NCBI GenBank assembly: GCA_964516805.1
Contig: CAZEXI010000002.1
Location: 3,321-67,320 of the forward strand
Direction: 5' to 3'
Length of the DNA stretch: 64,000 nt
Origin: an uncultured Thermoplasmata archaeon
GTDB lineage: Archaea > Thermoplasmatota > Thermoplasmata > Halarchaeoplasmatales > Halarchaeoplasmataceae
In this document: positions 53,101 to 61,649 of the stretch, one piece after another
How positions within the stretch are numbered: position 1 is the stretch's first letter
How the letters are laid out: each line of letters starts with the position of its first letter
Notes under the pieces: generated by a model
Database searches by the model: none
Seen by the model: the letters and a program-made list of their open reading frames with translations, nothing else
Told to the model about the DNA's origin: nothing
Program-made: the position numbers and the translations under genes

Positions 53101-53422
53101 GTAGTAAATTTTTACCAAATTTTTGACCCTTTACTCTGGGGACAACTCCCAGTAGATTGATGTATGCTGCATCTGATTCCCTCCAATGAGGATACAATCC
53201 ACAGAATCCCACCGGTTTTTCATCATCATCTAGTGCGATCAAGTCAGCCAATGCAGGAGTCTCATCCAATCTATCTTTGACCCTCTCTTCGTCGTAAGGA
53301 ATACCTCCACCAAATCCTCCTGGCCATAACTCAGCAAATTTGTTGAACATGTCAGCGACTTCAGCTGCCATGTCTGTTTCGTATTCCACTATATTTTTAT
53401 CGATCTTGAACATGTTATACAC
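50162..53422 (-). CDS. large cytoplasmic protein: N-terminal GNAT acetyltransferase domain fused to ~900 aa of uncharacterised acidic sequence
   Basis: GNAT motif GVVPRVKGQKFGKNLLLKALKIA in the first 170 aa; no TM; remainder not recognisable. Confidence 0.6.
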   Translation of the reverse strand: MYNMFKIDKNIVEYETDMAAEVADMFNKFAELWPGGFGGGIPYDEERVKDRLDETPALADLIALDDDEKPVGFCGLYPHWRESDAAYINLLGVVPRVKGQKFGKNLLLKALKIATENDIKRVDLHTWSGNLDAVPLYKKIGMFWVPETSVYMQDFIPGIMSLPICEEWFKEHPDWYSNFERELKQTQDDIEINGMKSYKYRFEDDDDHLEMEVDRFGWDFKGINYKLGNTEFSIRTRLKSHEIFIGLENELIVEIENNTGKKKEIDIKSQGYEGLEWLGDENESLIVEDGEIKKATFEFIVDHDVEQFDKEKPSQSIVSNISFGDREIELKTGGKIQPAIEVKSNESFQSTFGEEGKNIYFDIANNTEKEFSGYVKVNCKQFGLDGHKIDFELDPEEISGIEVPIKPHSDLEAHLYEMGLTPFVKHDDEFLQMPTYDHHIIVENDDMIVHFQHEDEQKAYLVSSKMKVEADLEGGKLSYFSREFEGEVEKQFRHEIGPPYGLSLDRTLEYDCELNENSEYKILKLIGESNHLPGIRIEKNVKLEKNQGMMEHWIELRNITEDEKIEVGCKFDRQFYGLRLNSYSGKGKAYTPLRSGIIECDNVMNVMSNNMVPKDPSEWMESWTAVRSLANGDYTAVIWQDKNIEKVKVGKGMLSELETSTELLKPGETFTSPHIWYHENLPTLYNVRSKWNELVNKEEDFDKKINKPIKTKKPIEIEIDGINLISRGEKQRITIDVDYATPYEFDGEVTLDAPDGIEASLIEDDQEVKEIKLGGFDPDETFSFDIETIVDDDFERPVTNLNLHVSSEFEMDFDLPLLIKGRSEIKTQERIIEDNEVLEVTNGYMNYKVPKNIGGNLIDLKDTDKKTYLVDNFPEIKPRYFFEKNIGGITPHFFEKSEDDPFKEPEKVEVREHSEGDWKGVEAKMVIRKSEELKGQVFFIRYLTIPDTNLIKVSIKHENPTKRKVDTVSLIRIDTLLGSDIKESKIQVHGDDKVWTKNKTDTMFSPQSNIKEPWLRIFNEDQSIVFFIPEGKRGSVGYLDTQDLMFSFMLSREKIEPESETVTEFGLAIDAEKDEIDLLIDLLGSI

Positions 53423-53516
53423 CTATTAATGTAATTATCAATCAAATTATATCTTGTTGGCGGGCACTACTGCTCACCCAACAAAGAAATGAAGAGATAA
53501 AAGACATAAAAAGACT

Positions 53517-54593
53517 TTATGCCGGGATGTCTTTCTTGTTGAATATAACCAATGCAGCTGTCAAAATCAATGCAGCTACAACTATTAATCCAATGAAATC
53601 TGAATAACTGAACACCTTATCAAATATCACTTCATTATAATCCCAGTATCCCAATATACTGTAATTCCCTACAAAGCTGTACTTAGATGTTATATTCGCA
53701 ACTATCTGTACTGCATATGAATAAAATGCGAACAGCAGTGTCATACCAGTAGCTGTCCTTGAATTAACAAAAAATACTGAAAACAATACAGCTACCGTTT
53801 CTATAATAAGGAGAACTGGTAAAGATCCTATAAGTGCCAGCATCAAATAAACAGAATTCACATCTGAAGCAAGCTCTATCGAATTTACAGAAGCGATCAT
53901 GACACCTCCAGCCACCAAAACCATCAGAAGTGAATACACAGATAAAGCAGCAAATTTTTCTAAAATGTATCTGTTTCTTGAGATGGGTGTAGAAAAGATT
54001 ATGTCCATCCTTCTTTCTTCAAAATCTCTAGATATACTACTGACTGATATATAACCTATGTATAGACCTGCCAGTAAAAACCACCAGCTGAAGAATTCTA
54101 GGGATATGAAGCCTTTTATATCAGTCATCGATATATCCCTACCACCTGTGAAACTTTTATAAAAAGAACTTTCCATCATCTCATCAAAAGGACTTTCTCC
54201 TTCAGCTGTCGTTGCCATACCGACCAACTTCACTTCATCAGTATTATTCATCATCGCTATAACAGCAAAATATTGTGTTTCATTTGATCTATACGATACC
54301 TGGGTATGATTCTCAGTACCGTTATATACGAATGATGGTGTCACCATGAAGCTCTTATTATCTTCAATGACCTGATATGATTTTACATCTGAAAATTTCT
54401 TCCAGGATATTTTTACGATATCGTTATCAACAGACAACTGGACGTTTTCTTCACCTTCTAATTCTTCCTGTGATTCCATAAAAGCTGGATAAAATTGAGG
54501 AAAACCACCGGCTGTAAGCAGTATGATAACCATGAATAAGGAAAAACCTTTCCAGCTCTTTCTGAACTCCATGAAAAATGTACTGCCTATCAT
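53517..54593 (-). CDS. ABC-2 type exporter permease
   Basis: 358 aa, N-terminal TM, large extracytoplasmic loop, then 5 TM. Confidence 0.65.
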   Translation of the reverse strand: MIGSTFFMEFRKSWKGFSLFMVIILLTAGGFPQFYPAFMESQEELEGEENVQLSVDNDIVKISWKKFSDVKSYQVIEDNKSFMVTPSFVYNGTENHTQVSYRSNETQYFAVIAMMNNTDEVKLVGMATTAEGESPFDEMMESSFYKSFTGGRDISMTDIKGFISLEFFSWWFLLAGLYIGYISVSSISRDFEERRMDIIFSTPISRNRYILEKFAALSVYSLLMVLVAGGVMIASVNSIELASDVNSVYLMLALIGSLPVLLIIETVAVLFSVFFVNSRTATGMTLLFAFYSYAVQIVANITSKYSFVGNYSILGYWDYNEVIFDKVFSYSDFIGLIVVAALILTAALVIFNKKDIPA

Positions 54594-55498
54594 CTTTCAT
54601 CCTCCCCCTTATAATATCTTAAAAATAACTGTTCTAGACTGAAGGTTTCTAGATTCATAGTGATAATTTTATGTGAAGAAATTTTTTTGATGGTTTCATC
54701 CAGATTATCTGTTATCACCATGGATATCTTCTTTCCGTCAGCTTCGATTTGATTGACTCCATTCATTTTGAACTGCTCAATATCGATCTTTTCTCTGAAC
54801 TCAACTGTGAGTTTTTTTCCCATCTTGTTCTGAAGAGAAGTGATGTCTTCAACAACCTGTAATTTGCCATCCTTGATGATTGCTACACGGTCACACACTT
54901 CTTCTACTTCAGCTAATATGTGAGAAGACATGAAGATAGTTTTTCCTCTTTCCTTTTCCTCTCTTAAATATTCATAGAATTTCTGCTGCATTAGCGGGTC
55001 TAGACCAGATGTTGGTTCATCTAAGATGATCAAATCCTGGTCTGCCATGAAAGCCTGTACAATACCGACTTTTTGTCTGTTTCCTTTAGAAAGATTTTTT
55101 ATCTTTTTATCGAATTCTAAATCCAATATATTACCTATCACTCTCATCTTTTCTTCAGATTTTATTCCACTTAATGATAAAAGATATCGCAGGAATGTTT
55201 TGACTTTAAGCCCAGGGATCATACCAAAATCTCCTGGCAGATAACCTACTTTCTTTTTGATCTCAACAGAATCTTTATGCGAGTCCATGCCAAATATTTT
55301 AACATCACCAGCGGTTTTCCTTAAATAACCTAAACATGTTCTTATAGTAGTGGTTTTGCCTGCACCATTTGGTCCAAGAAATCCCATGACTTCTCCCTGA
55401 TACACGTCCAAGTCTAGATCTTTTATACCGAGAATATCACCATAATATTTTGTTAACCCCCTCATCTTCATCACAGGTTTTTCATTCATCTTAATCAT
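54590..55498 (-). CDS. ABC transporter ATP-binding protein (ABC-2 subfamily)
   Basis: GPNGAGKTT, LSKGNRQKVG, ILDEPTSGLD; overlaps the permease gene by 4 nt. Confidence 0.85.
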   Translation of the reverse strand: MIKMNEKPVMKMRGLTKYYGDILGIKDLDLDVYQGEVMGFLGPNGAGKTTTIRTCLGYLRKTAGDVKIFGMDSHKDSVEIKKKVGYLPGDFGMIPGLKVKTFLRYLLSLSGIKSEEKMRVIGNILDLEFDKKIKNLSKGNRQKVGIVQAFMADQDLIILDEPTSGLDPLMQQKFYEYLREEKERGKTIFMSSHILAEVEEVCDRVAIIKDGKLQVVEDITSLQNKMGKKLTVEFREKIDIEQFKMNGVNQIEADGKKISMVITDNLDETIKKISSHKIITMNLETFSLEQLFLRYYKGEDER

Positions 55499-56171
55499 CT
55501 CCTGATTTCATATAGGCACTAGATTTTTGAATTGTCTCTTCAAACTCCTCTAAAAGATCGGTCCACATCTCTGATATAAAATTATCATCAGTTCCGAGTA
55601 TTCTATCTAAAAAGAAAGCCTCGGCTCTTACTGAATTTAAGATCTTATCTAAATTATCAGGGAAACTGCTTATATCGATGGATAAACGTCCATATAACCA
55701 GAATTCTACTGCTTCTCTTGGATATTTTGTATCGAAAACACCTTCCTTCATCCCCTCTTCGATTATTTCAGTGATCAAAGGAACTACTCTATCAGATATA
55801 GTTGTCATATACTTCGAATACATCAAACGATTTTCTTCCTGATTGTAATAATCAAAAAAATATATCTTCTCTTTTTTACGGTTGAAAGTCTTAAAAAATA
55901 ACTGTTTGAATTTTTCTTTAGCATCCAATCCATCATCATCTATTATTCTATTGATGCTGAGCACGAATTCATCTACCATCCTCTGGACTATAGCGTTTAT
56001 AACATCTTCCTTAGAATCAAAATAATAGTAAAACAAACCATGGGCTACTCCAACTTTGTTAACTATATCTGCTACTGAAGTATTAGAATATCCTTTTTCT
56101 TTAAAAAGGTCTTCTGCAGCATCGACCAGCTCATTTTTTCTTACCTCTGGGTCTTTCACGGTTCTTTTCAA
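55491..56171 (-). CDS. TetR family transcriptional regulator; non-ATG start (TTG at 56171, or GTG at 56159)
   Basis: HTH YSNTSVADIVNKVGVAHGLFYYYF; no in-frame ATG before the HTH; overlaps the ABC ATPase gene by 8 nt. Confidence 0.7.
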   Translation of the reverse strand: MKRTVKDPEVRKNELVDAAEDLFKEKGYSNTSVADIVNKVGVAHGLFYYYFDSKEDVINAIVQRMVDEFVLSINRIIDDDGLDAKEKFKQLFFKTFNRKKEKIYFFDYYNQEENRLMYSKYMTTISDRVVPLITEIIEEGMKEGVFDTKYPREAVEFWLYGRLSIDISSFPDNLDKILNSVRAEAFFLDRILGTDDNFISEMWTDLLEEFEETIQKSSAYMKSGDD

Positions 56172-56183
56172 ATAAACACCCTT

Positions 56184-56206
56184 ACTGATTGATAATCAGT
56201 CAATCA
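56184..56206. promoter_or_regulatory. overlapping dyad symmetries ACTGATT-gat-AATCAGT and TGATTGA-n7-TCAATCA; candidate TetR operator
   Basis: 13-35 nt upstream of the TetR start; TATA-like aaagtataaaaag (56211-56223) further upstream on the minus strand. Confidence 0.45.
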
Positions 56207-56293
56207 ACTCTAAAGTATAAAAAGTTTCCTTATTTTGAACGGTAAAAGCATATTGGATAAAATTAATAACCATAGATCTAGAATTAATCGACA

Positions 56294-56845
56294 ATGTCAA
56301 AAACAACTGAAAAATACAAAAAACTCAGCAAACATCTATCATACATTTTAAGACATCATCCAGAAGAAGCTGATCTTGAACTTGATAGGAAAGGATTTAC
56401 TCGATTGGACAGTTTATTGGATTCTTTGGATAACACTAAGTACTCCTGGGCAGATAAAAGCGATATTGAATATCTGATAAAAAACAGTAATAAAGAAAGA
56501 TTTGAGATCAAATCTAACAAAATAAGAGCTTTATATGGTCATTCAGTAGAAGTAGATATAAAAGATCCAACTGAACCTCCAATTCTGCTCTATCACGGCA
56601 CATCACCAAATTCTCTAGACTCAATACTAAAAGAAGGTCTAAAGTCGATGAATAGACAGTATGTTCACCTTTCTAAATCAAAAGATGAAGCTTACAAAGT
56701 TGGGAAAAGACATCATAATAATCCTATTCTACTAGAAATTGAGGCTAAATCAGCATGGAAAGAAGGTATCGAATTTTTTGAAAAACCTGACGTTGTACTG
56801 GCAAAAAACATACCTCCAAAATACATTTCAATCCATGAAAAATAG
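56294..56845 (+). CDS. kptA: RNA 2'-phosphotransferase (Tpt1/KptA)
   Basis: LSKHLSYILRHHPEE and LYHGTSPNSLDSILKEGLKSMNRQYVHLS motifs. Confidence 0.85.
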   Translation: MSKTTEKYKKLSKHLSYILRHHPEEADLELDRKGFTRLDSLLDSLDNTKYSWADKSDIEYLIKNSNKERFEIKSNKIRALYGHSVEVDIKDPTEPPILLYHGTSPNSLDSILKEGLKSMNRQYVHLSKSKDEAYKVGKRHHNNPILLEIEAKSAWKEGIEFFEKPDVVLAKNIPPKYISIHEK

Positions 56846-56907
56846 TAAAAGATATCAAAATATATTTATATTAATTACTAGTTCTAATCTCACAGGAGGT
56901 AATAATT

Positions 56908-57438
56908 ATGGAATACGGAAGAAATGATCAAGAGGAACAACAAAGTGGATCTCAAGAATGGAGTGAAGAACATCCTCCACAACAATCTCAAGGTCAACAA
57001 CCTCAATCTTATAGGGAGCAGCAGCAACCACAGCAACAACAAGCTCCTCAGTACTATCATCCAGGACAACCAAGACAACCTTTACTAGGTAAGAAAACCA
57101 TAATGGTTATACTTGTTGTTAGTATGTTGTTAGTAGCCATCAGTGCTGTATGGCTGAGTATAGCAACTGTACCAGATAATGACAAAGTTACAGATGGTGG
57201 AGGTTTAGAAGCTGATTACAGAGAAGATTACCAAAAAGGAGTAAATACTGCTCAAATGATTGGCGGTATACTAGCAACTATCGGAACTGCTTTAGGCGGA
57301 ATAATTTCATTATACGGTGGATTCATGTCCAAGGATTTCGAGGAAGACGAGAAAAAAGCGATGTTCATATTGGCCGGATTTTTCTTATTAGGCCTAGTAT
57401 TAGTGGTCAACCACTTTAGTTGGATGACTGTAGTCTAA
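56908..57438 (+). CDS. membrane protein with Gln/Pro-rich low-complexity N-terminus
   Basis: AGGAGG SD; QQSQGQQPQSYREQQQPQQQQAPQYY, then 3 TM. Confidence 0.5.
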   Translation: MEYGRNDQEEQQSGSQEWSEEHPPQQSQGQQPQSYREQQQPQQQQAPQYYHPGQPRQPLLGKKTIMVILVVSMLLVAISAVWLSIATVPDNDKVTDGGGLEADYREDYQKGVNTAQMIGGILATIGTALGGIISLYGGFMSKDFEEDEKKAMFILAGFFLLGLVLVVNHFSWMTVV

Positions 57439-57518
57439 AAAACCTTTTTTTCCTATTTTTTCATCAGTAAATTTTATACAAAATACTCTTCTTCTAATAG
57501 TTGAATTGATGGGATAAT

Positions 57519-58109
57519 ATGGAAGAAGATATCTACCAAGAGATCAGTAAATACGGGAAATTTTTAGAAGATAGAGGTCTTAATTCTTCATCTCACAGCG
57601 GTAATATCAGCATCAGAAGAGGAGATCGAATATTCATAAAAAGAAGAGGGGCGATGATGGGAGATTTAAAAGAACAGGATGTTGTGGAAACAGGTGTGAA
57701 AGAAGATGACAGTGGCGTTATCATAGCTTCTACAGAAGTAGGCGTACATAGAGCCATATACAATAACACTTCAGCATTAGCAATTGTACACGCCCATACA
57801 CCTTATGCGATAGCTTTATCTATCGTTAGAGATGAGATCGTTCCTATAGATGATGAAGGAAAATATCACCTGAAAAAAGTGCCTGTATTAGATGTTGAAG
57901 ATTCGATAGGTTCCAAAGAAGTTGAAGAACAATTACCACCTATCTTACAGGATTTTAACGCTGCTATAGTTAAAAGACATGGTACATTTGCACACGGTGA
58001 GAACCTTGAAGAAGCCTATAATTGGATCACCGTGGTCGAAAGTATCTGCAGAATTATTTACATGGTCGAGAACCTAGGATACGATACTAAAAAGGAGGAG
58101 ATATGGTGA
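57519..58109 (+). CDS. class II aldolase/adducin-domain protein (fuculose-phosphate-aldolase-like)
   Basis: HSGNIS and AIVHAHTPYA metal-binding His pattern. Confidence 0.7.
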   Translation: MEEDIYQEISKYGKFLEDRGLNSSSHSGNISIRRGDRIFIKRRGAMMGDLKEQDVVETGVKEDDSGVIIASTEVGVHRAIYNNTSALAIVHAHTPYAIALSIVRDEIVPIDDEGKYHLKKVPVLDVEDSIGSKEVEEQLPPILQDFNAAIVKRHGTFAHGENLEEAYNWITVVESICRIIYMVENLGYDTKKEEIW

Positions 58110-58534
58110 CCTTTCATTATATAGAATTTAAAGCGTTCTGTCATCAAACTGAAGACCCTGAAAAAGTGATTCAGTCGATGGAGAACGTTGCTCATCATGA
58201 GTTAGAGATCGAATCTGAAGAAGCAGAGGGATATTATGGAAACAAAATATCGATCTTCGAAGGGCAAATATCTAGAAATCGAGAAATGGACTTATTTTTT
58301 GATTCCTTACCTAGATCAGCTATACAAGAATTATTAGATACTGTTGAAAGAAGGATAGACGAAAGATGTAATTTTTATTTCAGACTTGACAAAGAAAAGG
58401 CCTTTAACGAGGAATTAGAAGTAACAAAAGGTGAGAACTCAGTAAAAGTCAGAGCAAGAGTTGAAAGCTACCCATCGAAGAGAGAAACAGCTGTTAAAAA
58501 GATGCAGGAGTATCTTGGTGAGAGATTAAAATGA
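58103..58534 (+). CDS. conserved archaeal hypothetical protein (possibly UPF0201/RNA-binding-like)
   Basis: 143 aa; 7-nt overlap with the aldolase-like gene. Confidence 0.35.
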   Translation: MVTFHYIEFKAFCHQTEDPEKVIQSMENVAHHELEIESEEAEGYYGNKISIFEGQISRNREMDLFFDSLPRSAIQELLDTVERRIDERCNFYFRLDKEKAFNEELEVTKGENSVKVRARVESYPSKRETAVKKMQEYLGERLK

Positions 58535-58638
58535 TCTTTATCTTATAAATTACTTCTTAGTGGTTACATTTCTTCAAATATAAATCTTACTCAGAAACAT
58601 TTATGTGCAATTTCCTTTCTGTTGTGATGAGGATAAAT

Positions 58639-59121
58639 ATGGCAGACGTTGAATCACTGATCCAAGAAGGTGAAGCATTACTTAATCAATTTGAATATGA
58701 AAAATCATACGAAAAGTTTTCTGAAGCTTTAGAAGAGGAAGAAGATCCAAGAGCATATTTCGGTAGAGCAGAAGCTGCTTTAGGTATAAATGAGATAGAA
58801 AGCGAAGATATCTTAGAGGACTACGAAAATGCAATAGAATTAGAAGATAATCCATTCTATAGGCAGGCTGTAGCTGGTTTCTGTATCGATATCGGTAAGT
58901 TCGAAAAGGCTGAAAAGCATTATAGAAAAGCAGCAGAGATGGACCCAGATAACAAGGCACATTATCTATCTGAATTTGCTGTGGGATACAGGTTTAAAGC
59001 ACCGATAATGATGGAAAAGCTAGTCCAGCAGGCAGGCGATGACATAATACTGAGAAAATCTCTGAATTATATGCTCGAAGCTTTAGACATAGATAAAGAA
59101 AAGGCGAAAGAATTACTGTAA
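58639..59121 (+). CDS. TPR-like helical repeat protein; start taken at MADVE
   Basis: repeated Ax..A/Y helical motifs. Confidence 0.45.
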   Translation: MADVESLIQEGEALLNQFEYEKSYEKFSEALEEEEDPRAYFGRAEAALGINEIESEDILEDYENAIELEDNPFYRQAVAGFCIDIGKFEKAEKHYRKAAEMDPDNKAHYLSEFAVGYRFKAPIMMEKLVQQAGDDIILRKSLNYMLEALDIDKEKAKELL

Positions 59122-59249
59122 AATCATTACCAGTAAATTACTATTCCATTTTTTTACTTTTTAAATAGTTTTATTTATGTAGGATATAAAATCATTTATG
59201 TCTAAAACTGGTACATAAACTTTATATTAAACCGGCTTTACTCTTTCAT

Positions 59250-59561
59250 TTGAGAAAAATGTTCTGTCCTGAATGCAAATCACTGATGAAAGCCGAAGAC
59301 GGTGAATGGGTCTGTAAAAAATGTGGTACAACAGTAAAAATGAACAAAGAAGACAATAACGTCATTACTTCAGAAAGAGAAGAAAAAGAAAGAGTAATAA
59401 TAGAAGAAGAGCTTGATACTCTTCCTAAAACCAAAGTAAGATGTCCTAACTGTGACAACAATGAAGCATACTGGCGATTAGAACAGACTAGAGCTGCTGA
59501 CGAACCCGAAACTAGGATTTACAGATGCACTGAATGTAATCACACCTGGAGAGAATACTAA
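59250..59561 (+). CDS. tfs: transcription factor S (TFS; RNA polymerase subunit M/TFIIS-like)
   Basis: N-terminal Zn ribbon CPECK...CKKCG; C-terminal Zn ribbon CPNCD...CTECN with the QTRAADEP acidic loop. Confidence 0.9.
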   Translation: MRKMFCPECKSLMKAEDGEWVCKKCGTTVKMNKEDNNVITSEREEKERVIIEEELDTLPKTKVRCPNCDNNEAYWRLEQTRAADEPETRIYRCTECNHTWREY

Positions 59562-59581
59562 AAAAACTAATGTGAAGATCT

Positions 59582-60223
59582 ATGTTCGAGATAGGAAGAA
59601 TTAGATTCAGACCTTTTACAAGGGAGGATTTGACTTATATAGAAAGATGGGAAAACGAGTATGATGTAACTTTATATTCACGAGGAAAACCGCTGGTATT
59701 TAAAAATCTTGATGAAATCAAGAAAGATTTTGAAAAATATCTCGAGGATGAAGATGAACAGCGATTCATAGTTGAGATGAAAGAAGACAATAAATGTTTA
59801 GGGATGGCTAAGTATGAAGATCATTCTGGTGCAGTAAGAACTGCTGATATCGGGACTTACATTGGAGAAAAAGATTACTGGAACAAAGGTATAGGTAAGG
59901 AAATAGCTTTCGGTTTTCTTGAAATTCTTATTTTCCATAAAAATTATGATAGGGTAGTAGCTTGGAGTGCATCTATAAATAAAAGAGCACATAAAGTTCT
60001 TGAAGCACTAGGTTTCAAAAAGTCTGGGATTGCGAGAAAAAGTGGATATCTTTTTGGAAAGAGAATCGATTGGTACATGTTCGACCAACTAAGAGACGAG
60101 TACATGGAAAAAAGAGACGAGTACATGGATAAATATATAGACAACAAAAAAGAGTACATACAAGAGCACTGTAGATTGAAGAGACCTGTAAAAAAACGTA
60201 AAGAAAATAAGAAAGAAAATTAA
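59582..60223 (+). CDS. GNAT acetyltransferase (RimL-like) with lysine-rich C-terminal tail
   Basis: GNAT core around IGEKDYWNKGIGKEIAFGFLEI. Confidence 0.6.
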   Translation: MFEIGRIRFRPFTREDLTYIERWENEYDVTLYSRGKPLVFKNLDEIKKDFEKYLEDEDEQRFIVEMKEDNKCLGMAKYEDHSGAVRTADIGTYIGEKDYWNKGIGKEIAFGFLEILIFHKNYDRVVAWSASINKRAHKVLEALGFKKSGIARKSGYLFGKRIDWYMFDQLRDEYMEKRDEYMDKYIDNKKEYIQEHCRLKRPVKKRKENKKEN

Positions 60224-60263
60224 AGAAAAAGTTATAGTACCAAACTCCTTACTATTTTTTAAT

Positions 60264-61412
60264 ATGACAGAAATACCCTCACTAACATACAGAGAAAAAG
60301 TCTTAATTTATCTGAATAAATATTACAAATCTTTAGATGATAGTGAACTCCCTAAAGAAGTGACACAAGAAGGTATTTCGAAAGAGATGGGTATGTCTAG
60401 AACACATGTTTCAAGAACCGTTAGAAAATTGATAAATGAAGAATTAGTAGAAGAATCAAAATCACATATAGAAGGGAGAAAAAGAAAGTTAAAAACATAC
60501 CATCTCACTCATGAGGGTTTTATGAGATCTAAACAGATACTTTCTGAATTATCAAAAATAAATGTAAAAGTAATAAATGAAGGAAAAGAGACAGAAAAAT
60601 CACTGACCGATATTCCTGATTTTACCGATGGTAAAGTAAGTATCTTAGATATAATAAATAAAATTGAAGATGGTGACGAAGTATTAAATTTAGACAAAGA
60701 AGGCCCTTTCAATCCAGTTAAAAAAGTAGATGAGATACCAGAGGTTGATGAATTATATGGTAGAAAAGAAGAACTGGATAAATTAAATGATTGGATAAAA
60801 GGCGATGTACCTGTCCTTGTTTTACTAGGAAGAAAAGGTTATGGCAACTCATCGCTTAGTTCAAAATTTGTAAAAAAGATTGAGGATAGACATATATTGG
60901 CACTCAATATATTCAATAATTCTGGCCAAGATTCGATCGAAAAGATCAAGAGCTTCAATAACGAAATCTGTAATAACAGTGAAAACTTGTTAGAGGGCCT
61001 AATATCAAAAAAGTGTTTGCTGGTCCTAGATGATTACTATGATGTTCCAGACGATATCGTTGATTTTTTGAGCGAATTGCTATCATCTATAGAAAAAGAG
61101 GATGAGTTAAAACTATTAATCAACGCAAGAGAAGGTACTCCTGTATATGAAAGATTTTACACAATGGATGATATTCAAAGGGGAAAAGTTAAAGAAGTCT
61201 CACTTTCACCTTTAAATCCAAAAAACGCACAAAGAGTTCTCGGTTGTGAAATTGAAAATGAATCAATGAGAAGGATTATGCAATTTACAAAAGGTTCACC
61301 TCTACTGCTCAAATTACTTAAAGAAGATAAAAAAGAGCAGCTCGAAGAAGTTTCTCCCCTCAGCAAAGAACAAGTTTCTCTGCTGATGTTCTTAAAAACC
61401 AATACTAAATAG
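60264..61412 (+). CDS. winged-helix domain fused to an archaeal-ATPase-like (PF01637-type) NTPase domain with degenerate P-loop
   Basis: ELYGRKEELDKLNDWI then VLVLLGRKGYGNSSLS instead of GxxGxGKT/S; Walker-B-like LLVLDDY. Confidence 0.5.
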   Translation: MTEIPSLTYREKVLIYLNKYYKSLDDSELPKEVTQEGISKEMGMSRTHVSRTVRKLINEELVEESKSHIEGRKRKLKTYHLTHEGFMRSKQILSELSKINVKVINEGKETEKSLTDIPDFTDGKVSILDIINKIEDGDEVLNLDKEGPFNPVKKVDEIPEVDELYGRKEELDKLNDWIKGDVPVLVLLGRKGYGNSSLSSKFVKKIEDRHILALNIFNNSGQDSIEKIKSFNNEICNNSENLLEGLISKKCLLVLDDYYDVPDDIVDFLSELLSSIEKEDELKLLINAREGTPVYERFYTMDDIQRGKVKEVSLSPLNPKNAQRVLGCEIENESMRRIMQFTKGSPLLLKLLKEDKKEQLEEVSPLSKEQVSLLMFLKTNTK

Positions 61413-61451
61413 AAAAAACTAATAATAGCTTTTTAATATATTTCTGATAAA

Positions 61452-61619
61452 ATGACGTTAGCTGATCTCTTCATAATGATGATGGGCATAATCTTCATAG
61501 TAAGTGGTTTGATCCTGTCTTTACTTTTTAACGCACCTTCTATTTTTACCATAGGAATGGGAGTTATAGGGCTATTTCTTCTCATATTACCTATCACTAA
61601 AGATACCTATAAACAGTAA
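61452..61619 (+). CDS. possible small 2-TM membrane protein (55 aa), not in the ORF track
   Basis: manual translation MTLADLFIMMMGIIFIVSGLILSLLFNAPSIFTIGMGVIGLFLLILPITKDTYKQ. Confidence 0.3.
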   Translation: MTLADLFIMMMGIIFIVSGLILSLLFNAPSIFTIGMGVIGLFLLILPITKDTYKQ

Positions 61620-61649
61620 TATTTTTATTATATTAGTTTATCAGCAGAC

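Noticed and set aside
56990-57060. CAA/CAG-rich repetitive DNA, considered as a tandem repeat or CRISPR-like element
   Set aside because: It is in frame within a strong-SD ORF and simply encodes the poly-Gln/Pro segment. There is no spacer-repeat periodicity
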